Assembly (NCBI GenBank): GCA_001949185.1
Contig: BDGG01000007.1
Location: 280,201 to 344,200, forward strand
Source: Ramazzottius varieornatus
Lineage: Eukaryota; Animalia; Tardigrada
Direction of reading: 5' to 3'
Length of the DNA: 64,000 bases
Of this stretch, positions 40,723-52,280 are shown in pieces. Each line of letters opens with the position of its first letter. Position 1 is the first letter of the stretch. The notes below the pieces were generated by a model. It made no database searches, was not told the origin of the DNA, and was given only the letters and a program-made list of their open reading frames with translations. Position numbers and translations under genes: made by a program.

Positions 40723-43700
40723 TCTGCTGTCAAGAGCTAAGCAAACGTGGTATTTGGTGAAACCCAGACGATGTGCGCAGTGTGACCAAACTGGAAAGTT
40801 CCTTCATGAATCTTAGTGGTTATTTTTATATCGTGGAAACCGAGTGGGCAAAGCTGCGTTCAAGAACGATCAGATTACTTTTTTCAGATTAAACATTACA
40901 TAACTTCGTGTTGCTCAATTTGCATAACAGACGAACGCCACACTTCACACTGCGCTTTGGGTACTACGCTGAATAGTTTGCACCCACATTGCGCTGTTTT
41001 TATTGGCGAAGTAGATACCGCTCCGCGTGGACTTGTCCAAACTATCTTACGGTACGTACACGCCTTCTTTCTGGCGGACCATCGAGCAAATCGTCGTACC
41101 TGAGGCCTCGAGCGTCCAGGTTACACTGCGTGCCGGTGACCATAAATTTGTAGAGTGTCAGGGAAACTGGTTACCTGGGAAGTCAGTTAAATTTGAGAAA
41201 CTGCAAGCGTTAGTTGCAAATGAGTTTGCCTGCCATATTAACGTAAAGTTAAGACATCAAACTGTAGTATCAGGTGCGGAAGTATGACTTGTTGCCCCTG
41301 GGAACACGTCAACTTCGGTGGACAACAACGTGTTCGGGGAATCTGTTGAATCCGACTCTTCCCGAATTGTTGTAAAACCCTTACGAGACTTCAAGGTAAA
41401 TCCTCGCTGGACATTTAGACAAAACGGGAAGGCAGTAAAATTAGAGAAACGGATACCTCGTTTACCTCGCGCACCTTACACATAAGCAAGGTTTTGCCTT
41501 TATTTACCCTCCCGGTGCTGAACGAGAGCGAACCGATCTCAGATCACATTGTTGCCAGCCACGATAAGTGGTCTCTGTAGAACAGTCTGAAGCAAAAATC
41601 AGACTGTTTCAAAAGAGCTGAAGCAGTGTGGAAAATTTCGAATCGTGAGCGGCACCAACGGAAAATTGTGGCTACTGTCAGGTTACTGTTTTAAAGTCTA
41701 CACCGCTGTGAAATCTTTCTACCCGGCGTAACGGTAGCCGGTGACTAGACCTCTTCGGTACGAGAAAGAATGATGAGGAAAGTTGCCGTTCACTAGACGA
41801 AATTGTTTAGCCGACTCAATGCACCAATGTTGCATGTTAGCTTTAGAGTACACATTGAACAGAACACTTCCGCAAAACTGCAGAAGGCGGAACTGGAAAC
41901 TCTCCTTCACACATCAGGAAGAGAGAATCTGGTACTGAAGGATTATCACCTCGTCGAAAAATTAGAGCACCCCTAACGTGAAAATACAATTTCCTCCAGA
42001 GAGGCTGCGAAAAATGGCTGCGGGGAGTTTATCTTTTCTCTTCCCCTATGCTCCTACAGTTAAGGCATGCATTCGCTGCCGAAAAAATGAGTGAAGTACC
42101 ATGATAGGATGGGTGGATAACCCGATCAACAATACCGAGGTTGGCAGTCAGGAAGATTTTTTGAAAATCTTCGTCGGGGAAGTAACAAGTCATACTTCTG
42201 CACCTGATATTTACCCTTCTTCCATTGGAATTTAGCTGCTACCAGACAGTGCTGCATCAAAGCATGGCAATTGGGATGAAACTTCTGGTAGTGGCCGCGG
42301 TACTATCAGGAGCTGCAACAGGTGCGGGAATGATAATCTAGCGCCATTTACCGTTACAAGCTGGTCGCTCGCCTTCCGCTCGCTCGCGGCTTGCCGTGAG
42401 TAGGTACCGTGGGTCCTAAATATTGTTTTAAATAAAATTTGGTTGAGTGTTTTGGTACTTAAGGTCATCATGAAGGGATGATTACGTTCTGCAGGTCGAA
42501 TAAGACGAAATTAGGGTTCTTGCGTTCTGCGTGGATAGATGAAACAATCAACATCTAATTGATTCTGAAAATCACGGTTCATGAAAGCATTTACTGAAAC
42601 CTTAGAGAGGTTAAAAAACTCGTGGTAGGTTGAGATAGAGCAAACGACTGAAGCTGGCCATGATAGTTTACCCAGCATTAATCAGCCCACGAAGTTGAAG
42701 AAAAAGTCTTCTCAAATGCACTTCTGATTAACTGATTGTCCGAGGTGATCACCCTGCACTAGCTCGGCACAAGCTACGCTTTCCGATGCGTTTGGTAAAC
42801 CAGGATACTGCTATGGCCAAATGGAAACGTTTGTGATTGTCGGAGAGGTTCCTTCGGGATTCACGAACGAGGCCTCTTTCGTTTGGTGAATCACGATGCT
42901 GATGAATAATCTTGAATTTTTTTAAACTTTTCCAAACGCAGCCGTTTTGGCCAAACTGTTGTTTATTGAACATAACGTGATAAGCAGAATAAGGGTATAG
43001 TTTTATTTGAGCAGTTTGGGACCGTCTGAACGCATCGATGGGTATCGTCGATGCAAGTAGAGGTGGCTCACAGTCTGTGTGTGAGACCGAGGCGGAAGTG
43101 ATGGTTTGGCGCATCAGCCTTCCACCTGTTCTTCTGAGCTGCAACGGTCCCGTTATTGAGCACAGAGACCCCATTTTTTATTGGAAATAAAACGAAGAAA
43201 GCATGAAGGTTGGGATGGTGGTAAGAAGTTCGCGCGATGCAAAGAGCGAAACTAAAGTTATTCATCGAGAACATCTCGAGAGAGGACTTTCAGACATAGA
43301 ACATGTAGTACAGACAGCCATGTTATACGGGAGGAGCCCACAGCCGGACATGGCGAACGGTCAAGACAGAAATGCCATTAAGGGAACCTACGAGCAAGAA
43401 CATTGTACATAGGGGCGGAAGCCCGTATGTATTGACGAGCCATTCCATGTCCGCCCATGAGCTTGAACATGAGGGAAAGCTTGTCAACTGCCACATTAAC
43501 AAAAACTATTGTCATCAACAATAATTTTCTATGTCCAACCAACCTGAAAATACCCATTGCGCAAAGATATTTGGGTATCGGCCAGTTTTGTAAAAATGGG
43601 CATCTGACCAGATTGTTCACGAATTGGCTTTCGAGTTTTGAGACACAAACCGCAAAGTGGAACTGCTGATGCAATCTGGCGTACCGGTCATTGAGGAATA

Positions 43701-44289
43701 CCATGCTGAGGTTCATTTAGCCGTCTGACCAGCGGTTAGGTGGCGACGTCAGAAAAATCTGAACGAGTTCGAAGTTTCGAGTGAAAGAGTTTGACATCAC
43801 CATGACATCATACAGCGTGAGATTACGCCTGCATCTGTTCGGACGCAAAACCCTTTAAGTGGGTAGTTTCTCAGCTGCTAATCACCACCTGAACTTTCGG
43901 GAATATCTTCGCAAAAGGGTGAGCAGTTTTTCGAGATTTGGGCCACGGCGAGGTACCACGCGATGCCCTTCGACATGCTTGACAGTCCCATGCAAAAAAG
44001 GGTAATTTGGAAACAAGAACCATTGTCCCAAAATTAGACTGCCACGACTCATTTGTTAGATGGGTACCGTCAAACAGAAAACCCTAAGTCTCGCAAAATT
44101 CCGAGAACCGATTTTCTTAACCCATTTTGTAGAGAAAAAAAACTGCATCGGATCTGAAAACGCCGCAAAAGGCCGCAAACAGGGAAATTAGCAAGAATGG
44201 TTCTAAAGTTTGGCTACACGCTAAGGGCCGGTCTTCAATGAACAAAGGGTCGATTTGCGGCGGATCTTTCCGAAATGGAAACTTATTTC

Positions 44290-44775
44290 AGCCCTGACCT
44301 GTGAGCTAAACTTGCGTCCGTGTTCCCATGATGACCTTCTGCGGGACTGTTACTAAGAGCCAATCATAAAATCTGATGAAGGTTCTCGATAAACTATCTT
44401 TCGGTCCTAAGCAACTAGACGGGTTGATTCAAACAATTCTCAAGTGCCAAGTAAAATCGCACAGGAGACCTTCAGGAAGGACGAAGTTTGCATGAAGGAT
44501 GCTGGGCATTCTGGACCACTGGGTAAGAAAATCTGTTTTCTGGCGAGGGATATGACGGGTTTTACCTCGTGGTGCTTTCTGCTCTAGCTATGGCACCACG
44601 TAAGTGCTGGCCGCGTACCGGCGGGATGGGACGCAATGAAATATCTAGCATAGGACTGGCTGGTACCGTGTCGTGCTGCTGCGACACCGATTTGTGTAAT
44701 ACTGCTGAACCACAACACGCGCCTACCCTTCTGGCTGTTCTTGGGTTTCTTCCTGCCTTGTTGAAATTCGCATGA
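44290..44775 (+). CDS. Ly6/uPAR (three-finger, quiver-like) GPI-anchored protein, partial or degenerate
   Basis: C-terminal CCCDTDLCN motif followed by hydrophobic GPI-signal-like tail; upstream exon with VCMK ending at gtaag donor ~44523. Confidence 0.55.
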
Positions 44776-46020
44776 GATTTCTCTTCCTCGTTTTTCTCCC
44801 TGTTCAATCTACCAAACACAGGTTCGAGCGAAGCTCAACTAAAACTTACAGTGTGCCCGTTTTTGCTCAGATCTACAAAAACGCATATAAAGCTATTACT
44901 ACATACGTGTTTCTGGTAGCACGAATACAGTACAAAATCCGGTGTGAGGTTAGAAACGCCATGACTTTACAACACCTGGAGGCTGGAGCAGCCGAATCTG
45001 CTTTTTCTGGCTTGGCAACCGAGAACAGCTGGGACCTGGTGGTCATCCGAATTAAACTCGCTTTAAAATAAGTTTGCCGAGAAAGCGGATGTTTTTCATG
45101 ACATCGTCAGTTCGAGCTTTCTTCGGATTCCGTCCGTCGTTGAAGGTGTTATCCTCTCGGGGCGTCTTCCACATGCACACGAGAAAACAAAAGTGTCACG
45201 GCCTGTAATACTCGCGCTGCATAGCTTTGCAGTGAAGTGAAATCTACTGGCCTTCGCAGTGCCGTGTACAAGTCAAATTCCCTAATCGTCAAATCATTCC
45301 AACTAGTCATTTCCATGAGTAGGTTCTGCGGAAGCTCCAAGAAGTCTCTCGGAGAGACGACTTTCTCCGTGTCACGTTTGATTTCTGCAATGCACTGAGC
45401 CTCCACAAACGCATCTCACGCCTTGCGAGCCTACAAGAGAACAAAGACCAGGAAAGTTTTGAGAATACAGTAAATATCCATCTAGACGTGTCCAGAAAAT
45501 CAGACTCGAACCCACCCGTTGCCACCAAGCAGCAGCATTGCCCGGATGGAGATTGTGTTGAAAGAACTCGTAACAGTAACGCGTGAGACGAGAAACTTGG
45601 TACTTCTTAGATGTAACCAAGACGTCGAAGACATTGCCTGTATTTACGGTGGCGAAGCTGTCCGTATAGAGATATCTGGAAATCCAAGCGGTTACAGGTT
45701 CGAGTCGGGCGCACCTAACCAGCACGTATCCAGCGTACTTTTGCAGCCAGGTGAATCCTTCGCAAGTGAGTCCTTTGATCGGGACATCCTTGCCTTTTAC
45801 TCGATCCTTTCCATAGAATATCGCGTGGAAGACTGGACTGGCCAGCGCGAAGAACATTCTGAATTGAGGGATGTTGACAGTGTCTGGACCCATTTAGTTC
45901 GAGTGCCGCGACGGATACCTTACTTGTGCCCGTAAACGAACGCACCACTCCTATTGTTCTCTCCAGGAAAGTAAGGCGAACATCGTGAGAAATGAAGTTA
46001 GGATCGGTCAGCAGGAACGC

Positions 46021-48340
46021 GGTGTAGTACTAATCTACCTGGGGTTGAATGTCGCCCCCTTGATATGACCATTCGATAGATCTCGACGAGATCTATTGAA
46101 CTGCATCCGCCGTTTTTGCAACAGTGACATCCCCTGGTAAATGCTGGTGGCCGCAACGTTAATTAAGTGTTCTAATTAAGAAAAATTGGCGCTGTCCATT
46201 TCAAAACTCAATACACAACGTCATAATTCTTGCATTATTGTCTGTTGACAATATATACAAGAATTTTGCGGAATGTTCGACTAGTATGGTTCATATAACG
46301 ACTACCTGGAACGACCCAGGTAGTGGCTACTAGGTGTTCGGGAAGGCGCTTTTCTCTTCTTCAGGTAGTGCTGGACCATGGAGCCTTTCCTTGAGCTGAT
46401 CCACGTCGTCAGTCCCCCTCTCGGATTCAGCCAACGGAATCTCGTTCATCGCTTCGCCAACCATCGGTCCCTCGGAACGAAGACTGCCTTAGCCATCGTC
46501 GCTCGCAACGGTACCGGTCTCACCGCTCAGCAAGCAAAGGACGCGTCGGTACGGAGCTTCCTTCAAACAGTTGGACTGTGTCGGGTGGAAGTCCAGTGCT
46601 CGGGAGGGAATTGTCGTCGCTGCTGGATGAGGATCAGCTGGGTGGATGGTGACCGCTTCGCCTTCGTCTGCACAAGCTGCAACGCCACCAAGTCCATGTT
46701 CGAGGGAACGTTCCTGGAAGGTCATCCGCTCACCGACTGGAAGTTCCTTTTCATCTTCGCGGACATGTGTAACTGGCACAACTACACCCAACGAGCCATC
46801 GCAGACAAGCTTCATCTGGACAAGAACACCGTGTCGCAGTGGGCTGTCTGGATCCGTGAAGCTCTCGCTGTCCACAACCGGAACCAGCTGATCCAACTCG
46901 GAGGGACAGGACGGATTGTCTACATCGACGAGGCAAAAGAGTTTTTACACTGCTTGTTTCTCTTGTATTGATTTTGGATTTTCTCGAAATATCCGCTTGG
47001 TTGATGGACAGTTGATTGTGAATGCCGTTTGACTCCCTGCATTGATACGTGTCTCCGTAGTCCTTCTAGAAAGAGACCGTACCTCAATTGCACGTCACTC
47101 GGGTTCGCTTTCTGCTGTCTGCAATCAAGTATAAGACTTTGAGTCTAACGTATTTTTGTACTCGCAGGTTTTCATTGGGACGAAGTGGAAGTACCAGCGT
47201 GGTGACCGTTCCCGAGGACTTCATATGCCCGATCCGGAGACTGGTGACAAGTCCATCGCCAAGGTGATGCTCCTGATCCTGTGCGCGAAGGACTCCGGAC
47301 GGATCGTCGTCTACCACATCATCCGCGCCAACCAAGAGACGATCAAGATCTTCGTCGAACATGTCCTTCCTGGTTCCATACCGACGGAGCCGCTGTTTAC
47401 CGTCAAATTCCGAAGTGGGCGACTACGAACATGACTGGGTCAATCACTTAGAAGGAGAGTTTGTTCGCTACGACGATCAAGAGGTCGGTTTTCTTTTTTT
47501 TACCCTTCATTTTGTTTTCTTACTTTTCCGTGATTTCTGTCTGTTTGCTTTTCTTTTGCAGTTCATCTCGTCGAACAAGGGCGAAGGGGTCAACTCTGTA
47601 CTGAAGAAGTTCCTTGGCAAGCACAACGGTTTCGTCTACAACCGCGTCTGGCTGGCTCTGGAGGAGCACATCTACCATCGCAACAACTCGGGTTCTACTG
47701 CTTACGCCGACGTCCGGACAGTGATGCGCCATGTTTCTGTTGTTGGTAACAGTAAAACTCTTCTTTAGAACGGTCAATTTCATTCTGTTTACTGGGAGTA
47801 CCAACAGATGTGGAAAAAGTTTTATGTTAACGACGCTCATTCAGATAGAAATGATTGTGACTGTGACTGGATTTTGCCTGAGGAAGACTTAGATCCTCAG
47901 GAAGATTAGATACTGATCTTCCTGTTTTTGTTCGGCATTGGAATCTCTTGTTGATTTCTTGATGTGCCTCAAGTAAGAAAATGTGACTAGTAAGGCTGGT
48001 TCGGTTAATTTTGATATGCGGTGTAATCTTGCGGTTGATTGGTGGTTGTTTGGGGTTGATGGGGGGTGGGGGGTAGCGGTCTCTCGCAGTGGTCCTGGTG
48101 GGGGTTGGGTGGTTAACGAACAGCTAGGTGGGGGTAGGGTGCGCGCAGGGCTAGCACGCGTAAGAAAAGAGCTGGAGGCGAGCAAAGCGAGCTCCAGCTC
48201 TGTTACGCTTTAGCCCTGGACTAAAAGTCCCCATTGCAAAAACGGCTGATGCAGTTCGATAGATCTCGTCGAGTTCTATCGATCCCCTCACTTAGGGGGG
48301 AGGGGTGGCGAAATTCTCCCCCGGGGGGTCAGATTTCACC
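46021..48340 (+). mobile_element. Merlin (IS1595/ISXO2-like) DNA transposon, 2320 bp
   Basis: Ends GGTG...CACC; imperfect ~100-bp TIRs (best match 46073-46121 vs 48234-48282); 8-bp TSD aggaacgc (46013-46020) / aagaacgc (48341-48348); internal transposase. Confidence 0.88.
46378..47909 (+). pseudogene. Merlin/IS1595-family DDE transposase, intron-containing, frameshifted
   Basis: Zn-ribbon (C..C..CTSC), HTH (QRAIADKLHLDKNTVSQW), VYIDE|VF..KYQRG, TDGAAVY (other frame, 47380), VNH..FV, SNKGEG..LK; putative introns 46933-47167, 47484-47561, 47746-47844. Confidence 0.82.
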
Positions 48341-48896
48341 AAGAACGCAGCTTTCGCAAATTATTTGCCTCATCCCATGGTTTATCCCACTGCCAGAGGG
48401 TCATTGTGTCCACCTGCGCCTCTCTGTACATAGCGCCGTACATCAAATCACCCCTCACCGAATTCTCCGAAACTAGAGACCGCTTGGCACTCCGGCTTGT
48501 GGCACCAATGATTAGTATAGAAGAACGGCAAGAAGTACAAAGGATTCCGAAGAACTTTACTGTTCGCGGAAAGCGAATAAATACTTGTCCGTCGAAAAGT
48601 AACGACACCCACCGAAATATCCAGGTGCAGTGTTAGACGGGTCACGGATGATTTATTCAACTGTCCTGTACGGCCTGCCAGAACCCGCAAAACGCTGGTG
48701 AAATTTTGGCAGCCGTTCTGTGCTGCAAAGACGTGACTCTATCGAGACTTTAAACACATGGAAATCTGGTTAGAATCAGATCCAGGACCGAATGGGCGGA
48801 TTGTGCTCGTCTGCTGGTCATACCATGGCCAGAATCAAGGCTTTGAACTCAACCATAGCCTTTCGTAAACCTGATATTATTGCCGAGTTTGCCATT

Positions 48897-49067
48897 CACC
48901 GAAACACCGATATATGGAAAATATATCGATATCGCGCGATACAATATAGCCGAATATTTCATCGGGTTATTCCATATGAGCTTCATATTGATGTCTTCAA
49001 TACGATATTTGCCGCACATTTTATCGCGAAGATTTGATATATTTCGATTCGATATCGGTATACGGTG
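48897..49067. mobile_element. Degenerate MITE with CGATAT-rich inverted ends
   Basis: caccgaaacaccgatat.. vs ..atatcggtatacggtg, TA on right flank. Confidence 0.55.
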
Positions 49068-50916
49068 TACGACAAAATTGACCGTTAAAAATGGGCGTAA
49101 CACTCCAGCTGTAGCTTACTTACCCCTCAGCCAATTAGAATTAGGGTTTGCTGTATGCGCAAATTGCTCCTCAGTCATGTCTGTGAAGCCGCGTACAGTC
49201 TTGCGTGTCGGCAAAGGCGCTCGGTAGTCCGAAAAATGAATCAAGTCGTGGAAGCTTTCGTTTTCGACCCCATTCAGGGTCATGGATGGTGACCGCAGAA
49301 CATAAAGAGCAACTGTCTGGAGTCTACTTTCGTGCGTGCAAAAATTGATCAGAAATCAGATTTTGCAAATCGCAGTGGCCGAATCAGTCGATCAATCAAT
49401 TTACCGTGGATGGTTTTTATCGTACGGCTTTCTTGAATGAGCCATCTCTTCGAGCGTTACTTGTTTGAAGGAACGCCCGAAACGGAATCCTTCTCTATTT
49501 CAACTTTCTGCTTTACCAACAGTTCGAGGTATCCCTTGTAGGCTGCTGAATGCTTCTGTAGATGAGCTCTGTTATTTCCTGCAGAGCAGCCGGTAAGTTG
49601 TTTCGAGCAGCCTACAACCCTGCCCATCGAATGATCGCTTTCCTTGTTATATTTGAAGAAATTTCAAACTGGCGAGTCCTTCTTTCTGGAAATTTGGAAC
49701 TCCAACGTTTGGACTTTCAACAGAAATGCTCGGCTCACTGGTAGCGGATGGTGACGGTGGAGGAACGCAGTTCGCGGAGGATGTGGTCAAGTCCACGATG
49801 GATTCTATGGGAGACGTGCTCATGGAAGGCTTCTTACCCATCTTCTGCGTGTCGGCCTTACGCTTTCCCTTGTTCTGATTCTTGACCATGATTGAGATGT
49901 CAGTATGAAAACTTGGAACAACACAGATTAGCGGTGGATTGTGAACGTGTCACAAAGTCACTCAAAACTCGTCGGCCTCACTTCCGGCGATGCATTACGA
50001 ATTCGTCGGCTCATCAAATCGACGATCAATGATACGCAATCGTAAGAGGCAGACTGCGAAAATAAGCCCCGATGTGCCAACCTCTGAACGCCCTATAGTC
50101 CGGGGGCAAAATGACGATGCGGGCTTGACGCTGACAGCTGTAGATTCAACCGGCGCACTTGAGCTTTCTATTTTGCGGTACTAATGCGCAATTCAAATCG
50201 ACCGTAGTGTCTTATTCCAATACTGCTTATTTGAATTAAGTGAAAATGATCGTTCGTCATTTGAATTTGAATTACGATTAATATCGAAATAAGTTGGCAA
50301 GAGGTTCTCAATTTGAATTGTTGTATCGGAATTCCAAAAAGGCCAAAATCAGCCATTTTCAATTATGTATATAGTAATCGGAACAACAGTGCTTTAGCCA
50401 TAGGGCTCCATCCAACACCCATGTTAACGGTTTATTTTGTCGTACACTTGTACCGTATCGTTGCCAGCACTAGCCATAGAATCTTCAGACCTACATATGT
50501 CTGTAAGAAGTGACAGCGTTAGGTGGCCACTTAACTGCTTAGCGCTGTTGAGCGTGCTGCGGTCTTGTGATTTCGAGAAAGTAATTAAATCAACGGCTGG
50601 CACACGGGGCCACTTTCCCAGCTGTCACTGCTTACGGCTAGGGCCTGGTCTGAAGATTCTGTTGCGCCGCCACCCAGAGTATTCTGCCAGCTACGCGCCG
50701 CATCGCCCAGTGGCGCGGGCGCCGTAGCTTGCAGCATGAAGTTTTTGACTGATTGCCTGTTTTGTTGGGTGTTTCTCTCTCGAAATTCACCGAATAAGCT
50801 GAGGTCGGTCATGTAACGTGTGTTTTCGTGTGCGGTGAGCCAGAGACGGAATTCCATTTTGATTTTCAGCATCCTAAGATTCAAGCAATCCTTCAAAAAC
50901 GCTCTATGTACACATC

Positions 50917-51151
50917 GAAGGCTCGGCGAAGCTAAAATAAGCCGTTTTCGCCGTGGCTAAAGCAGCTAAAACACTTTTAGCCACGGCTAAAAAGTATTGT
51001 GCGTTCGATTGATTTATTGATGCTGAGTCGGCTTAAATAGTTTTGGCATTCGAACGCACAATACATGCCAGCCGTGGCTAAAAGTACTTTAGCTGCTTCA
51101 GCCGCGGCTAAGAACAGATAAAACGGCTTATTTTAGCTTCGCCGAGCCTTC
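50917..51151. mobile_element. Foldback-like MITE (long inverted arms)
   Basis: ~90-bp arms gaaggctcggcgaagctaaaataagccgtttt..tattgtgcgttcga / tcgaacgcacaata..aaaacggcttattttagcttcgccgagccttc. Confidence 0.85.
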
Positions 51152-51251
51152 TATAGTTTTAATGACTATGGTAAAATTTTCACCGACATTTTTTGGCGAT
51201 GTCTCATCTTCCTTGGTCGAAAAGGCTTGATGGTTTGCTGTATCCTAAGAT

Positions 51252-51889
51252 TAGTGCTGGGATAAAACGATGAAATACGTTCTGGTATTTTCTGATAAGT
51301 ATCTTTCAATATTTATATTTCGTTTTACATATCAACCACGTATCGATATTTCGATATGACACGTTTCTGATATTTTATTGTTGATATATCGAATTTGATT
51401 GCAGTGATATATCGATATATCGAGCCAGTGCCATGTTGAAAACTATCGAAATCAAGAAAGTGTCAAAGAGAAACCAAACGGCTGTCGTTCACTACGTTCG
51501 AGTCAGAACAAAAGTCAGATGTCTTCGTGTACGCGAGTGTGTTCGTTGCTTAATCTATCCACGTCTGTCGTTACGCACCCAGGTACGCTGACTGTTCACT
51601 TCTCCGAAGTCAGCTTGGAGACATGTGCGCGATACATTACGGGCGAGGCTGCGCGGTACCGAACCGGAGTATTGACTTCCGAAGTTCCGATTCTCAAGTG
51701 CGGGTTTGCAATTTATCGATATATCAGATATATATCGATATACCGCGATATGATATTTTCATTTATTATATTCCGCTCAGCGATATTCCGTCCATATCGA
51801 TATTTCGATATGATGTTTTTGTAATATCGAATCACTGTGATGTGACATATTTCGATAAGATACGATATATTATATCTATCCCAGTACTA
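51252..51889. mobile_element. Non-autonomous hAT-type element
   Basis: TIRs TAGTGCTGGGATA / TATCCCAGTACTA, perfect 8-bp TSD CCTAAGAT (51244-51251, 51890-51897), subterminal CGATAT repeats. Confidence 0.88.
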
Positions 51890-52280
51890 CCTAAGATATC
51901 TCAATTCAGAGAAAAATTTGCCGTTTTAAAAAGAAATTTTCGTTGCCGTATGCCGTCCGTGCGGCATACGGAACTGCGTTTGCAGCATGTCACCGCAAGA
52001 AAAAATCAAGGAAAGAACCGCGTACCTTGACATGCGGCAAGTTTCTGTTTCTTAATCCCACGCGGTTTCATACTCTACCGCCACCCATGGCTCAGGGGCA
52101 TAGGGTACATTGGTGAACTGTGCCCTGGGCAGAAAGTTTTCGTCCCCGGGCGGTCCGGGGTTATCCGGGGACTGAACGAAGCCGCCCTGAAACTTCAATT
52201 TGGAAGATGGATTTGTTTTGGAATATTTACATCGTTCGCGATTTCTTCGATCTTCCTTTCTCCTCTTCGAAAATGTGATC

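Larger units (their letters stand above)
44950..48404 (-). pseudogene. BTB-BACK gene interrupted by Merlin transposon
   Basis: FALASPVFHAIFYG, RYLYTD..VTSKKYQV, BACK IREFDLYTALRR; 5' piece MTLWQWDKPW (48404-48341) separated from AFLLTDPNFISHDV (from 46020 down) by the insertion. Confidence 0.75.

Noticed and set aside
43850-44140. Possible degenerate inverted-repeat element or piggyBac remnant
   Set aside because: Inverted similarity too weak and no convincing TIR/TSD pair
51623-52030. ORFs in the CGATAT-rich region (also 48792-49227)
   Set aside because: Low-complexity TE subterminal repeats, not protein-like
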